The notes: generated from the sequence alone by a model not told the origin. Shown: positions 52,167-61,172, numbered from the stretch's first letter. The stretch is 64,000 bases of DNA from an uncultured virus (IMG/VR IMGVR_UViG_3300038314_001147) (IMGVR_UViG_3300038314_001147:1-64000); one strand, 5' to 3'. Numbers and translations are program-made.

Positions 52167-52809
52167 AATCCTCTATACTATTAATGACTATTTCCATATC
52201 ATTATCTATAACTATATCTTCAAACATTCCCATAGGAGATTTAGCTGGAACTACTCCATCTGTCTGAGTTCTAAACTTATACTGCACTTCTGTAGGTGAT
52301 AAGACTTTTGAAAATGAATGTAATACAATGTCAAATTCTTTTTCTATAACTCCTGACCATTCCTTTCCTTTCACCTTTAATGATACTACTCTATCTCCTC
52401 CATCGGGTCCTTCTAATATTTCTTCATGCCCAATGACTATGCAGTGTTTACCTGAATCATTTATTTTCTTTACTGAATCAAAGAATTTATATAGTGTTTC
52501 ATTATAATATGACCATACATCCCATCCTGACTTAATTATTCTAGCTTCTGCTAATAATGTATCAGTGAATGCAGAGAAACTATCTATAACAACTATTTTA
52601 CAGTTAGTTCCTTTTGCCATTTTATCTAAAGTATTCAACGTTTCTTTTACTGTTGTTGGTCTCACTTCCATTTTAAATAGATTAGCTGCTTTAAATGGTA
52701 ATTTTTTTCTTTCTGTATTTAGAATAGCTACATGTGCTGGATCTAAATTTCTGAGGCTTGTTGATTTGCCTCTACCTGATTGTCCTAAGACTAATATTGT
52801 CCTTGCCAT
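52156..52809 (-). CDS. AAA_24 / Sak4-like ATPase
   Basis: 'GQSGRGKSTS', 'VVIDS', 'IEKEFDIVL', 'AKSPMGMF'. Confidence 0.85.
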   Translation of the reverse strand: MARTILVLGQSGRGKSTSLRNLDPAHVAILNTERKKLPFKAANLFKMEVRPTTVKETLNTLDKMAKGTNCKIVVIDSFSAFTDTLLAEARIIKSGWDVWSYYNETLYKFFDSVKKINDSGKHCIVIGHEEILEGPDGGDRVVSLKVKGKEWSGVIEKEFDIVLHSFSKVLSPTEVQYKFRTQTDGVVPAKSPMGMFEDIVIDNDMEIVINSIEDYDA

Positions 52810-53342
52810 TAATTTAAATTATCATCTTGATTAATTAATTTATTCATTCTCCATTTTTCTGTAGCCTTTTCAAATACGTCTACTAAATAATCAATTAGAT
52901 CATCTTCATCGCAATCTTTGCTTATTTCAAATCCTTCTGCATGTATTCTTACATTATCATTCAGAGGGAAGGTTTCTATGGTATCCATCATGTAACCAAA
53001 TCCTCTTTCCGATGTATGCATATCCATAAAATCTCGTGCAAGTTGCTCGTCTTTGAATCTTAATCTGTCTATAACTGTTTCAAGGATACGGTGTTCAGGT
53101 GCGGCATTTGCAACATTTCTTTTAAATGAGTCTACAGCATCATATACTTGTCTCATTTCATTCATTGCTAGTTTTTCTAAGTTCATTTCAATAATGCATC
53201 CGAAGAGAGCAAGCATTGCTAATATTCTCTCTGTTTTTTCAGTCTTTTCATCAACTTGATCTAACTTCATAATTATTCTCATAATTGCCTTTCTTGCCCA
53301 ATTTTGGGCTTCTTTGTTTACTTCTCTAAATTTTCCTCTCAT
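52809..53342 (-). CDS. Hypothetical protein
   Basis: 177 aa, coupled overlaps. Confidence 0.6.
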   Translation of the reverse strand: MRGKFREVNKEAQNWARKAIMRIIMKLDQVDEKTEKTERILAMLALFGCIIEMNLEKLAMNEMRQVYDAVDSFKRNVANAAPEHRILETVIDRLRFKDEQLARDFMDMHTSERGFGYMMDTIETFPLNDNVRIHAEGFEISKDCDEDDLIDYLVDVFEKATEKWRMNKLINQDDNLN

Positions 53343-53581
53343 TTCTTTCTAATTTTAGTTATTAAATAATTTACGAATGCTTGTTTATTGAAATAAATGT
53401 TACCGAACTTTGGTATTCTTATATCTTCTCCTTTCTTTATCATCTCCATTATGTTATTCATTCCTAACATTAGGATCTGATGGACTTGTTTTATACTAAG
53501 TCCATATTTTTTAGCTAGATCTTTTTCAAAATCTTTTACTTTTTTCTTTTTAAACATTATTGTCTTTCTTCGAAATAGCAA
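53339..53581 (-). CDS. HU/IHF-like DNA-binding protein
   Basis: 'LAKKYGLS', 'GEDIRIPKFGNI'. Confidence 0.75.
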   Translation of the reverse strand: MLFRRKTIMFKKKKVKDFEKDLAKKYGLSIKQVHQILMLGMNNIMEMIKKGEDIRIPKFGNIYFNKQAFVNYLITKIRKK

Positions 53582-54867
53582 TATTTTATATCATGATTCA
53601 TTACTATTATTTCGGTTGGTCCTGATCTATTTGCAGCTACATCTACCATAAACATTTGTTTTAGTTCGTCATATGTACCATTCTTCTTTGCTTCATCCAT
53701 TAAATCATTATAATTGTCTGGTCTATGCAATAATAATACTTGATTTGCAAAGTCAACTATTCTGCTGCTTCCCCTAATGTGTGATAACTTAGGTTGATAT
53801 CCATTTTCTTTATTAAAATACCCTTCGCTTTCCTTTGTTAGGTGATGAACTACAAATATTGTTCCTTCTGTTTTATCTCTACATGCTTTTAATAACCGTG
53901 AGACATCATCATCAAACGCTAAGCCTTCGGTATGAGGTGTAATTAATCCTAGATTATCTATTACACATATGCAATGTTTATTTTCATTTACCTCTTTGAA
54001 TTGTTCAAATTTAGCTACAATATTATATATATCTACTGGTTTATCAACAAATTCTATTGGGTAATTATTAAAGAAAGCAATAGATCCCTCTATTTGTGAT
54101 AATGTACCTGGGTCTATTCCTCCTCCTTTGCCTAGTAAGGCGTTGTCTGTGACCTTAAATCGTCTACTGATGAAGCAACGTATCATTTCATCAGAAAGCA
54201 TCTCTAAGCTAAACCATAATATAGCTACATTTTCATTGTATTCAATAGTTCTATCCATTAAGTCTACCATCCATCTTGATTTTCCTATTTTCTTTTGAGA
54301 TGCTACTACTATTAATTTACTTTTTGAGATCCCTACTACATTATCAAATAAACAGTTTCCTGTCTCAAGCATTGGACGTACATTACCTTCTTGTAAATCT
54401 TGTAATACACCAAGAGTATTTCTAAATGCACTTTGAAATGTTAGTGAGGGAGTATCATCCGAACTTAAGTTTCTCAATTGATTATTGATCTGATGAATCA
54501 CTTCATCTGCAGAATACGCACCTAAATTTGAATTGATACTCTTAGATATTCTTAATAGAGCTTTCTTTTTAAACTGTTCTTCCAGGAAGTATAAATGGTA
54601 TTTCCATTGATCCTCATCATCATAATCTGTAGTAACTAACTCCCTAAAGTCCTCTATTAACTCGTCATTGTTTGAGAATGATAAAACATCTTCTACTGTA
54701 CTGTAACATATATCTTCTTTTTCCGTATATATATTTACAAAACATTCCCAATATAATTTAGTTCTATTATCTGTAAATATTTCAGAATTTTTTACTCTCT
54801 CGAAGCAGTGTAGGAAGCAATTCTTGTTTTTAAAACAGTTTTTAATTATATTCGCTTCATAATTCAT
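53557..54867 (-). CDS. dnaB: DnaB-like replicative helicase
   Basis: 'KIGKS', 'FSLEM', 'VIDNLGL', 'PKLSHIRGSSRI', 'NRSGP'. Confidence 0.85.
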   Translation of the reverse strand: MNYEANIIKNCFKNKNCFLHCFERVKNSEIFTDNRTKLYWECFVNIYTEKEDICYSTVEDVLSFSNNDELIEDFRELVTTDYDDEDQWKYHLYFLEEQFKKKALLRISKSINSNLGAYSADEVIHQINNQLRNLSSDDTPSLTFQSAFRNTLGVLQDLQEGNVRPMLETGNCLFDNVVGISKSKLIVVASQKKIGKSRWMVDLMDRTIEYNENVAILWFSLEMLSDEMIRCFISRRFKVTDNALLGKGGGIDPGTLSQIEGSIAFFNNYPIEFVDKPVDIYNIVAKFEQFKEVNENKHCICVIDNLGLITPHTEGLAFDDDVSRLLKACRDKTEGTIFVVHHLTKESEGYFNKENGYQPKLSHIRGSSRIVDFANQVLLLHRPDNYNDLMDEAKKNGTYDELKQMFMVDVAANRSGPTEIIVMNHDIKYCYFEERQ

Positions 54868-55234
54868 AGTCTTCGTCTTTATTTCTTTTTAATCTATCAA
54901 GCCATGTATCTTTAATATCCTGGATATTATATTTATTATTATAATCCTTTGCTTTGATCCAGGATAACATACTCTTTATGAACTTGTTCTCTCTATTTTC
55001 ATCTGAACATTCTGTTAGATAACTTTCCCATTGCTCATATATATATTGAGCTTCTAATGGCTTGTCTTCTTCATTAGGTAGATAAGCTACATGATATCTC
55101 ATTTCCATAAAAGTTTTGCTGGAGTTTCCTTTCGGAAATAGATTAAAATACTTCATAAATTCTTTCTTGTCACATTTCTTTAATCTTACCGATCTTCCAG
55201 GTCCGAGTGTTACTTCTAGTTCTTTATCTCTCAC
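54857..55234 (-). CDS. Hypothetical protein, possibly replication initiator/helicase-loader-like
   Basis: 'YFNLFPK', 'FIKSMLSWI'; directly upstream of dnaB. Confidence 0.4.
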   Translation of the reverse strand: MRDKELEVTLGPGRSVRLKKCDKKEFMKYFNLFPKGNSSKTFMEMRYHVAYLPNEEDKPLEAQYIYEQWESYLTECSDENRENKFIKSMLSWIKAKDYNNKYNIQDIKDTWLDRLKRNKDEDYEL

Positions 55235-55484
55235 CTTTTTCTTTAAAATTCTTTCTTATTATATCTGTAATATGAAATAAAAACTTGGGGTACCAATTGG
55301 ATAATTCTTCTATATATATTAATTCAGTTTCACCATCAAATCCTTTTTTATTTAAGTTAGTGGTGTATGTTTGATGTATATTTATGGTAGGATATGCATC
55401 TTCTTCTGATTCATATAGCTCAGGTAATACAATTACAAATACGTTTCTTGTAACTACCTTTATAAAATTCTTTACTGGTATCAT
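55224..55484 (-). CDS. Hypothetical protein
   Basis: 86 aa in operon. Confidence 0.55.
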   Translation of the reverse strand: MIPVKNFIKVVTRNVFVIVLPELYESEEDAYPTINIHQTYTTNLNKKGFDGETELIYIEELSNWYPKFLFHITDIIRKNFKEKGER

Positions 55485-55503
55485 AGAGCAATATTACGAA
55501 ATT

Positions 55504-55845
55504 TTAGTGAGAAAGTAACTCGATTTCTAAATTAATTCCTAACCTGGCTGTACAAAATCTTTTGCTTCCTAACATCAGGCGATGTCCTCCGGTTATCTCC
55601 CATCCAATTATCTTAGCTAAGTTATTGAATATCAATACTCTATAGTCTTCTTTTAATGTTCCTAAGCTCCATTCTTGATTGTTATATAGTGCATAAACTT
55701 GAAGTCCTTTTAAGAATATTAATTTAACATTTTGTCGATTTTGAGACATTAATTTTAACATTTGCTGCCTGCCTCCGGTCTCATTTGATATACTGACACC
55801 TCTTATTTTGGTGTATATTTTATTTTCCTGTTCAACGTATGGCAT
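55504..55845 (-). CDS. HIRAN-like domain protein
   Basis: 'YTKIRGVS..RQ', 'LGTL', 'ITGG..LGINLEI'; start set at MPYVEQ after A-rich leader. Confidence 0.55.
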   Translation of the reverse strand: MPYVEQENKIYTKIRGVSISNETGGRQQMLKLMSQNRQNVKLIFLKGLQVYALYNNQEWSLGTLKEDYRVLIFNNLAKIIGWEITGGHRLMLGSKRFCTARLGINLEIELLSH

Positions 55846-55867
55846 AATTTTTATTTTAATTTTAAAG

Positions 55868-55952
55868 GGTAGAAGAAAGAGGTCCTTTTGCATGCATGGC
55901 TCATCGAGTCTGCACCATGATTGCCCTAGTATTCGGATCCTCCCTATCTACC
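55868..55952 (-). ncRNA. Candidate long irregular RNA hairpin
   Basis: GGUAGA/UCUACC, GGGAGG/CCUCUU, UCC/GGA, GCA/UGC, CAUGG/CCAUG nested. Confidence 0.45.
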
Positions 55953-56063
55953 TTGTCCTCTATATTTCTTTTTGTATGCATTTTGAGATCTAGATGCATT
56001 TTTGGAATGTTTACCTGGTCTTTTCTTTCTTTTATTCCATCTAAATGTGGCTACGTTTTTCAT
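55944..56063 (-). CDS. 39-aa basic microprotein ending YRGQGR (not in ORF track)
   Basis: MKNVATFRWNKRKKRPGKHSKNASRSQNAYKKKYRGQGR; ATGA overlap with upstream gene. Confidence 0.7.
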   Translation of the reverse strand: MKNVATFRWNKRKKRPGKHSKNASRSQNAYKKKYRGQGR

Positions 56064-56356
56064 TTAATTTGTCTATTATCACATACTAAAGCATCGCCTA
56101 CTATAGGGTCATCAGCTCCATATTTATACATGATAGTTGCATGAGCATTTGTCATCATCCATGACATCTCATTTAATTTTCCCTCTTCATCTATAACCAT
56201 AGTTCTGTCATCATGAGTCTTTACTAATTCTATCATTTTACAATTTAGTAATTTATATAACTCATTTAGTGTAAAGTTCTTGCCATTTCTAGGCTTAACT
56301 GTTTCTGTTGTGCCATTTACTTTTATTAATTCGGCAGGTTCTGGTTTTTTTCCCAT
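56060..56356 (-). CDS. DUF3846-like protein
   Basis: 'FTLNELYKLL', 'MVIDEEGKL', 'NAHAT', 'IVGDALV'. Confidence 0.7.
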   Translation of the reverse strand: MGKKPEPAELIKVNGTTETVKPRNGKNFTLNELYKLLNCKMIELVKTHDDRTMVIDEEGKLNEMSWMMTNAHATIMYKYGADDPIVGDALVCDNRQIK

Positions 56357-56703
56357 GTTGTTTGATTTAGTTTATAAAGTTCCCAATCTTCTTCTTTTAT
56401 TCTTTGACTAATATCTCTTCTATCAAATGTTAATAGATCTCCCCATTCTTTATCTAAGAATACTGGATCTACTCTTAATTTTCCTTGGTATAAATCTCCT
56501 TCGGTTCTTGTAATTTCTATCCACATATGTTCTTTAACTACTTCATCTACTACTTTGTTCCATTCAGGAGTTACATCTATGCCTACTTTTACCATATCTC
56601 CTACTTTGATGACAGTTTCTTTGTTAGCTTCTTGCCATAACTTTGTTCTTTCGTCACCACAGCATTGACAAATGAACTCTATATTATCATTTGGATCATT
56701 CAT
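56326..56703 (-). CDS. DUF2314-like hypothetical protein
   Basis: 'EHMWIEI', 'YQGKLRVDP'. Confidence 0.5.
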   Translation of the reverse strand: MNDPNDNIEFICQCCGDERTKLWQEANKETVIKVGDMVKVGIDVTPEWNKVVDEVVKEHMWIEITRTEGDLYQGKLRVDPVFLDKEWGDLLTFDRRDISQRIKEEDWELYKLNQTTWEKNQNLPN

Positions 56704-56827
56704 ATTTTAAAAAATTTCCCCGTCCCTCACTCATTTCAGCTTCAAAATGAAAAGCTGCCTTAGGTGCTTGAATTCTTCGCTCGTCTTCGACTTCGCTCTG
56801 AATGTCAACCACGCCCAGGCTGCTCTA

Positions 56828-57091
56828 TCATTTTTCGCTTTCAATTTCGTTCGGACCCAGGATGACGGGTTTCTTTGGTCCTTTCATCTTGATATTGAAT
56901 CCGTTGGACTTAAAATCAACCACGCATTTATAGTTCTTTATACTATACTTTCTTGCATAATAATGAATGCATTTCTTTAACCCATACTCATTCATCTCTC
57001 TTCCAGGTATATTCAGCTTGACTGACATAGTTCCAGAAGTATATGTTGCTATATAGTTTTTATCTTCGAAGTTATTTTTTTCTTTTTGCAT
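56828..57091 (-). CDS. Hypothetical protein
   Basis: 87 aa in operon. Confidence 0.5.
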   Translation of the reverse strand: MQKEKNNFEDKNYIATYTSGTMSVKLNIPGREMNEYGLKKCIHYYARKYSIKNYKCVVDFKSNGFNIKMKGPKKPVILGPNEIESEK

Positions 57092-57644
57092 CTCTCTTTA
57101 TATTTTTAGCGATCGTTTTCTTCAATTCTCTTCTTTGTTTTCTATTGACTGCTGTCATAATTGGCTTCGCATATAATTGAGTATTTTTATCATCATGCAT
57201 AAAATCTATTTCTCTTGCATATTTATTAGATATTTTATCAAAGCCTTTTTCTCCACCAAAATAGTTTACTATTACCCATTTTCTATTTTCTCTTATAGTT
57301 ACTGTAGCCATAGTTAACCCATTTCTATTAGTGTTTACAAATGTTTCGAAGTTTGTAAGATCTGATTTTATCAATGGACCCATATGATATCCATTCTTTT
57401 CAGTAATTAATGAGTATCTAAATGTTCCTTGTCCTTGATCTACTACTTCATTAACTCTTTTACCTTCTATATCTAGATTTCTTTGAGAATATCCACATCT
57501 CATACAGAATTCAAATAATTCTTCGTTATCTCTTTCATCATGAATTAGTCCCTCTTTCATCTTACACTTAGGACATTTTAGATATGTTACGTTTTTCCTT
57601 ATTACTTTATCTTCTACGACTTTACTTTTTTTATTCTCTGGCAT
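57072..57644 (-). CDS. Zn-ribbon hypothetical protein
   Basis: 'CPKC'...'CMRCG'. Confidence 0.6.
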   Translation of the reverse strand: MPENKKSKVVEDKVIRKNVTYLKCPKCKMKEGLIHDERDNEELFEFCMRCGYSQRNLDIEGKRVNEVVDQGQGTFRYSLITEKNGYHMGPLIKSDLTNFETFVNTNRNGLTMATVTIRENRKWVIVNYFGGEKGFDKISNKYAREIDFMHDDKNTQLYAKPIMTAVNRKQRRELKKTIAKNIKRDAKRKK

Positions 57645-58290
57645 TTTCTTTTTTATTTTTACAATTAAACAATTTACCTATAAACCTTCCTTTGAAACTA
57701 TAATCTTCTTCATTTGTATATTCAGTTGATAATGAATCAATTTTATTTAACCATCGTTTCTCATCATCATTAACTATTTCATAAACATTATGTATTATTC
57801 TATCTTCCGATTCACAACACATTTGTAGTATTTCTAACCTATGACTTGGTGGTAATTTAGATGGTCTTATATATTCTTTCTTTTCATGATCCATCATTTT
57901 TTCTGAAGGCACATGCGATAGAGTCTTTGATCTTGCTAATTCTTTAAACAATTTATCATCTGGATTATTAAGAGCCATATATGCTTCAGTAGCAAAGAAC
58001 ATTGCTGAGGGTTTCCCCTTCTCTATAGCATTCATTATGATTTGTTCAGCCACATCTTTACCTACATCATCTGTAAAGCATTCTGCAATTGGTAGTGGCA
58101 TTATAGCATAATGATCATGTTTATCAAAATTTGGTGGCATTAAAAACACGCATGTTACTGGCATTGAGTCCATGTTAAATTCTTCTAACTTTTTAAACCC
58201 CTCTATTGTGCTGGTTATCATGTCTTTATAAAATGTATCAAACACTTTATTAAAGTCATCCTTCTTTTTAAAATTTCTTTTATTCTCCAT
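57631..58290 (-). CDS. Hypothetical protein
   Basis: 219 aa, A-rich leader. Confidence 0.65.
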   Translation of the reverse strand: MENKRNFKKKDDFNKVFDTFYKDMITSTIEGFKKLEEFNMDSMPVTCVFLMPPNFDKHDHYAIMPLPIAECFTDDVGKDVAEQIIMNAIEKGKPSAMFFATEAYMALNNPDDKLFKELARSKTLSHVPSEKMMDHEKKEYIRPSKLPPSHRLEILQMCCESEDRIIHNVYEIVNDDEKRWLNKIDSLSTEYTNEEDYSFKGRFIGKLFNCKNKKENARE

Positions 58291-58350
58291 ATTATTATTT
58301 TACTATTAACTATTTCAATTTCGTGACTGCCTCCATTCCTTTGCCTTCTT

Positions 58351-58385
58351 AAAAATCCATACCGTGAGACACGGTATGAATTTTT
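58351..58385 (-). terminator. Intrinsic terminator-like hairpin (possibly bidirectional)
   Basis: CATACCGTG-3 nt-CACGGTATG perfect 9-bp stem flanked by A5/T5. Confidence 0.6.
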
Positions 58386-58487
58386 CATCAGTCATCAGTC
58401 ATTTCGGTGGACTTGGGGAGTCACTCATTTTCATCCTTCGGAATATAAAAACAGAAAGAACATAATATCATCATAGTTTTAAATCTA

Positions 58488-58676
58488 TTACTTTATATTC
58501 TTTCTGTTTTTGAGTATGCCTGAGTTCTTTAAAGTCTCCTTAGAGACCACAAGTCTTGGTCGTGCCTTGTGCCCAGGGTCAATAAATGAGCGTTTTAATT
58601 CACCCACTGTAGTTCGTCTTACTTGTTTAGATTCTTTAAACTCTTTAATGAAGTTGTCAATTAATTTTCTTTCCAT
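58488..58676 (-). CDS. Hypothetical protein (62 aa, MERKL start)
   Basis: ATG-started part of the 58488..58793 ORF. Confidence 0.5.
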   Translation of the reverse strand: MERKLIDNFIKEFKESKQVRRTTVGELKRSFIDPGHKARPRLVVSKETLKNSGILKNRKNIK

Positions 58677-58812
58677 TTTGAATAATTTGATAGTAGTTAA
58701 ATTCTCGTGCTCTATCTTCGGAGCTGGCGGTGTCTTTTGGAATAACTTTAAGCAATGTAATTTTCTTGTCTGTCTCCAAACTTTGTACAACAATAAATTT
58801 AAATCGTCTCAT
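58657..58812 (-). CDS. 51-aa hypothetical protein (not in ORF track)
   Basis: MRRFKFIVVQSLETDKK...; overlaps both neighbours. Confidence 0.4.
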   Translation of the reverse strand: MRRFKFIVVQSLETDKKITLLKVIPKDTASSEDRAREFNYYQIIQNGKKIN

Positions 58813-59002
58813 CTTCTAAAAACTTTTGTATTTCTTCTAATTGTTCTGTATTACATACCTCTTCATCTAGTCCATTCTCTAGATATTCTTTGTGTCTTCT
58901 ATCTTCTAACTCATAGTCTTCTACTGGTTCTTTATTCTTCTTCTTTAGTCCCAGTATGATTCTTTCTAATGCTTCTTTAAACTGTTGATTAGTTAATCTC
59001 AT
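58799..59002 (-). CDS. Hypothetical protein
   Basis: 67 aa, A-rich leader. Confidence 0.6.
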   Translation of the reverse strand: MRLTNQQFKEALERIILGLKKKNKEPVEDYELEDRRHKEYLENGLDEEVCNTEQLEEIQKFLEDETI

Positions 59003-59023
59003 AATTCTATTTTTAAAAATAAA

Positions 59024-59384
59024 GAGGACAACAAAGGAAGGCTAGAATTTAAGAAAACTAACCTCCTTTGCCGAGTCTAAACGGAGATTCCTCACTAAAA
59101 ACAAGTTATGTATTACGATTACGACTGTTTAGACATTTTTATTTAAAGAGAGAGAATAAGACATTTATAGCTTTACAGCGTATTTTTATTCATCACTTAA
59201 GATATTAAAAATTCAATGTCTTATCATCACTCTTATAATGAGGATCAAGCACTTAGAGGTGTTTGTGCTGACCATGACATTACCTAATGTTTGACCAGCA
59301 CACTAAATGCCTGATCCTTTAAAAAGCTGATCTCAATTGTATTGTTTCTTTCCTATACGCTGTCGCAATACCTGACTCAACTTT
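59024..59384 (-). ncRNA. Array of four long irregular RNA hairpins
   Basis: Stems at 59024-59093, 59146-59234, 59241-59318, 59323-59384; most mismatches in three of them become G-U on the minus strand. Confidence 0.6.
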
Positions 59385-59412
59385 GGTTCTTTAACACCAG
59401 ATTACTACTATA

Positions 59413-59772
59413 TTACCTCTTTCCATGATTCTTTAGGTTAGTTAGTTGATCTGGTGATAGTTCAAACTTTGCATGATATAGTACTGTTGGATCAGTTGTA
59501 ATATCTTCAATTACATCAATACCATATTTATCTGTAATATCTTTAAGTATATCAGTTGTATCCACTAATTCTTTATCATTCTGTTCTACACTTACATGTG
59601 TAATTCCATCTTTCTTCTTCTCATGAACACATACTACACCTGTTGGTAATTCTATTCTTTTCTGTTTCTTAGATGCTGCTGATATTATCATTTCTTTTGC
59701 AATAAAATAAGCTAGTGATAATGTGCCTGCGGTTACAAATAAAGCTACGATTACTATTATGTACTTTTCCAT
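59413..59772 (-). CDS. Membrane-anchored hypothetical protein
   Basis: N-terminal hydrophobic helix. Confidence 0.65.
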   Translation of the reverse strand: MEKYIIVIVALFVTAGTLSLAYFIAKEMIISAASKKQKRIELPTGVVCVHEKKKDGITHVSVEQNDKELVDTTDILKDITDKYGIDVIEDITTDPTVLYHAKFELSPDQLTNLKNHGKR

Positions 59773-59773
59773 G

Positions 59774-59947
59774 TTAAAATTCTTTTGATTTATTAATAAT
59801 TACACTCTTGTTATCTTCTAATTCCTTAAGTCTTTTAGTCATAGTCCCCAATATTTCTTGAATCAGTATTAGAGACTTAGCTATTCCTTTCATGCTTTCA
59901 GCAATTGCTTCAACATGTTGATATTGTTCTTTCTCGTATCTATTCAT
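59774..59947 (-). CDS. Small coiled-coil protein
   Basis: MNRYEKEQ start, ATGA-coupled to upstream micro-ORF. Confidence 0.55.
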   Translation of the reverse strand: MNRYEKEQYQHVEAIAESMKGIAKSLILIQEILGTMTKRLKELEDNKSVIINKSKEF

Positions 59948-60018
59948 GAGTTGTATTCTTTTAAGCATTTATAGATGTATATCATCCATTCATTGTATCC
60001 TTCTCTTGTATATCTCAT
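59944..60018 (-). CDS. 24-aa micro-ORF
   Basis: MRYTREGYNEWMIYIYKCLKEYNS; ATGA overlaps at both ends. Confidence 0.45.
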   Translation of the reverse strand: MRYTREGYNEWMIYIYKCLKEYNS

Positions 60019-60143
60019 CTATAACTCATTGAGCTCTTAAACTTCTTCTTACCATCACATCCTTTGTAATAGTTACTGCTTGCACATGAGCCTAATAATA
60101 GTCCCATTGCTAATAAGATTGTTAAAATTCTTAATTTCTTCAT
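60015..60143 (-). CDS. 42-aa lipoprotein (not in ORF track)
   Basis: MKKLRILTILLAMGLLLGS-C lipobox. Confidence 0.7.
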   Translation of the reverse strand: MKKLRILTILLAMGLLLGSCASSNYYKGCDGKKKFKSSMSYR

Positions 60144-60232
60144 TATTTTTCTTTTTCATAAGATGAAGGTGACAACACCCATGCGAGTGCTGCCACCGTT
60201 AATAGTTTAATTATCACTACTTCTGTAATCAT
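60143..60232 (-). CDS. 29-aa hydrophobic micro-ORF
   Basis: MITEVVIIKLLTVAALAWVLSPSSYEKEK; TAATG coupling to the lipoprotein. Confidence 0.45.
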   Translation of the reverse strand: MITEVVIIKLLTVAALAWVLSPSSYEKEK

Positions 60233-61172
60233 GTGTAATGTTTGGGTCTGCTGTAATTCTACCAATCGAGATGGTAGATAGAGCACGTTCGCTCCATCTA
60301 TACACATCACGATCAGTTCTGAATATGTAACCACCCACATCTATCACACCTTTTTCAACACAGTCGTTGACACTGAACCAATAACTCTTATTAGTCCAGT
60401 TCTCAACAATGTGCGGTGTTTGAGCAGGTATAAAACTTTGTGCAAGTAAGAAATGTTCATTACCCATACTATCTTTTACTACGTCCATAATCACAACAAC
60501 ATGTCCAGGATATCCACCAATTGCTAGTAGATCACCAGGTTGAATTTCAGTTAACTCTATTTTCATTAAGTCATTGTGTACAATACTATAGCTATTAGCA
60601 TAATTATACATCTTTTCTAACTGCTTGTTAGTTGGCAATGCATCTTTATACTTATATACTTCCTTGTTTGAATGAACTGTAGCTAATTTGCCTCTGTTTA
60701 GTTGTGCATTTATATGCATTCTCATTGCAAAATCAGCACATTCTTGCCATCTTAATACTTCCATGTCTAAGACAAATGGAGCATCTTTGAGGTATGAACC
60801 ATAAGCATCAAATACTTCACGCTGTTGATAGTCATTACCATCAGCATGAAACCATCCTAATCCAAATGATTTAAAGTAATTACCATAATCATCTGTTGTT
60901 TTGGATAGATATCCATCCTCTAAGCCAATATCAGCTATTCTCTTTACTACCTTTGGATGATTAACTACATGATCAACTATCATTACATCACCAATATCAC
61001 CCACTAAATAGTGCTTCTCAGGCTCTTGAACTGTTGTATCATTACATCCTGCGGATGCTGTTAACATCCCAATCATGATCATAAATACTAATACACAAGC
61101 AACAACACTGCCACCTATGCATTGCATTAGATCCCTAACGGTTAAACCGTACTTACCTAACAATTTCTTCAT
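60207..61172 (-). CDS. DUF4846-like membrane/lipoprotein (papain/NlpC-P60-like Cys-His)
   Basis: 'QECAD', 'YANSYS', 'IQPGD', 'GGYPGHVV', 'LAQSFIPAQ'; hydrophobic N-terminus ending 'SAGC'. Confidence 0.7.
   Translation of the reverse strand: MKKLLGKYGLTVRDLMQCIGGSVVACVLVFMIMIGMLTASAGCNDTTVQEPEKHYLVGDIGDVMIVDHVVNHPKVVKRIADIGLEDGYLSKTTDDYGNYFKSFGLGWFHADGNDYQQREVFDAYGSYLKDAPFVLDMEVLRWQECADFAMRMHINAQLNRGKLATVHSNKEVYKYKDALPTNKQLEKMYNYANSYSIVHNDLMKIELTEIQPGDLLAIGGYPGHVVVIMDVVKDSMGNEHFLLAQSFIPAQTPHIVENWTNKSYWFSVNDCVEKGVIDVGGYIFRTDRDVYRWSERALSTISIGRITADPNITHDYRSSDN

Noticed and set aside
56696..56830. Frame of ORF 56828..57091 stays open after TGA-TAG (readthrough or recoding?)
   Set aside because: Two consecutive different stops; large ORFs elsewhere are intact under the standard code and no suppressor tRNA is seen
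58340..58405. CUGAUGA twice before a hairpin on the minus strand (hammerhead core?)
   Set aside because: No GAAA directly after the stem and no stems I/III; fits a terminator better
59024..59384. Possible CRISPR or mini-array
   Set aside because: No direct repeats between units
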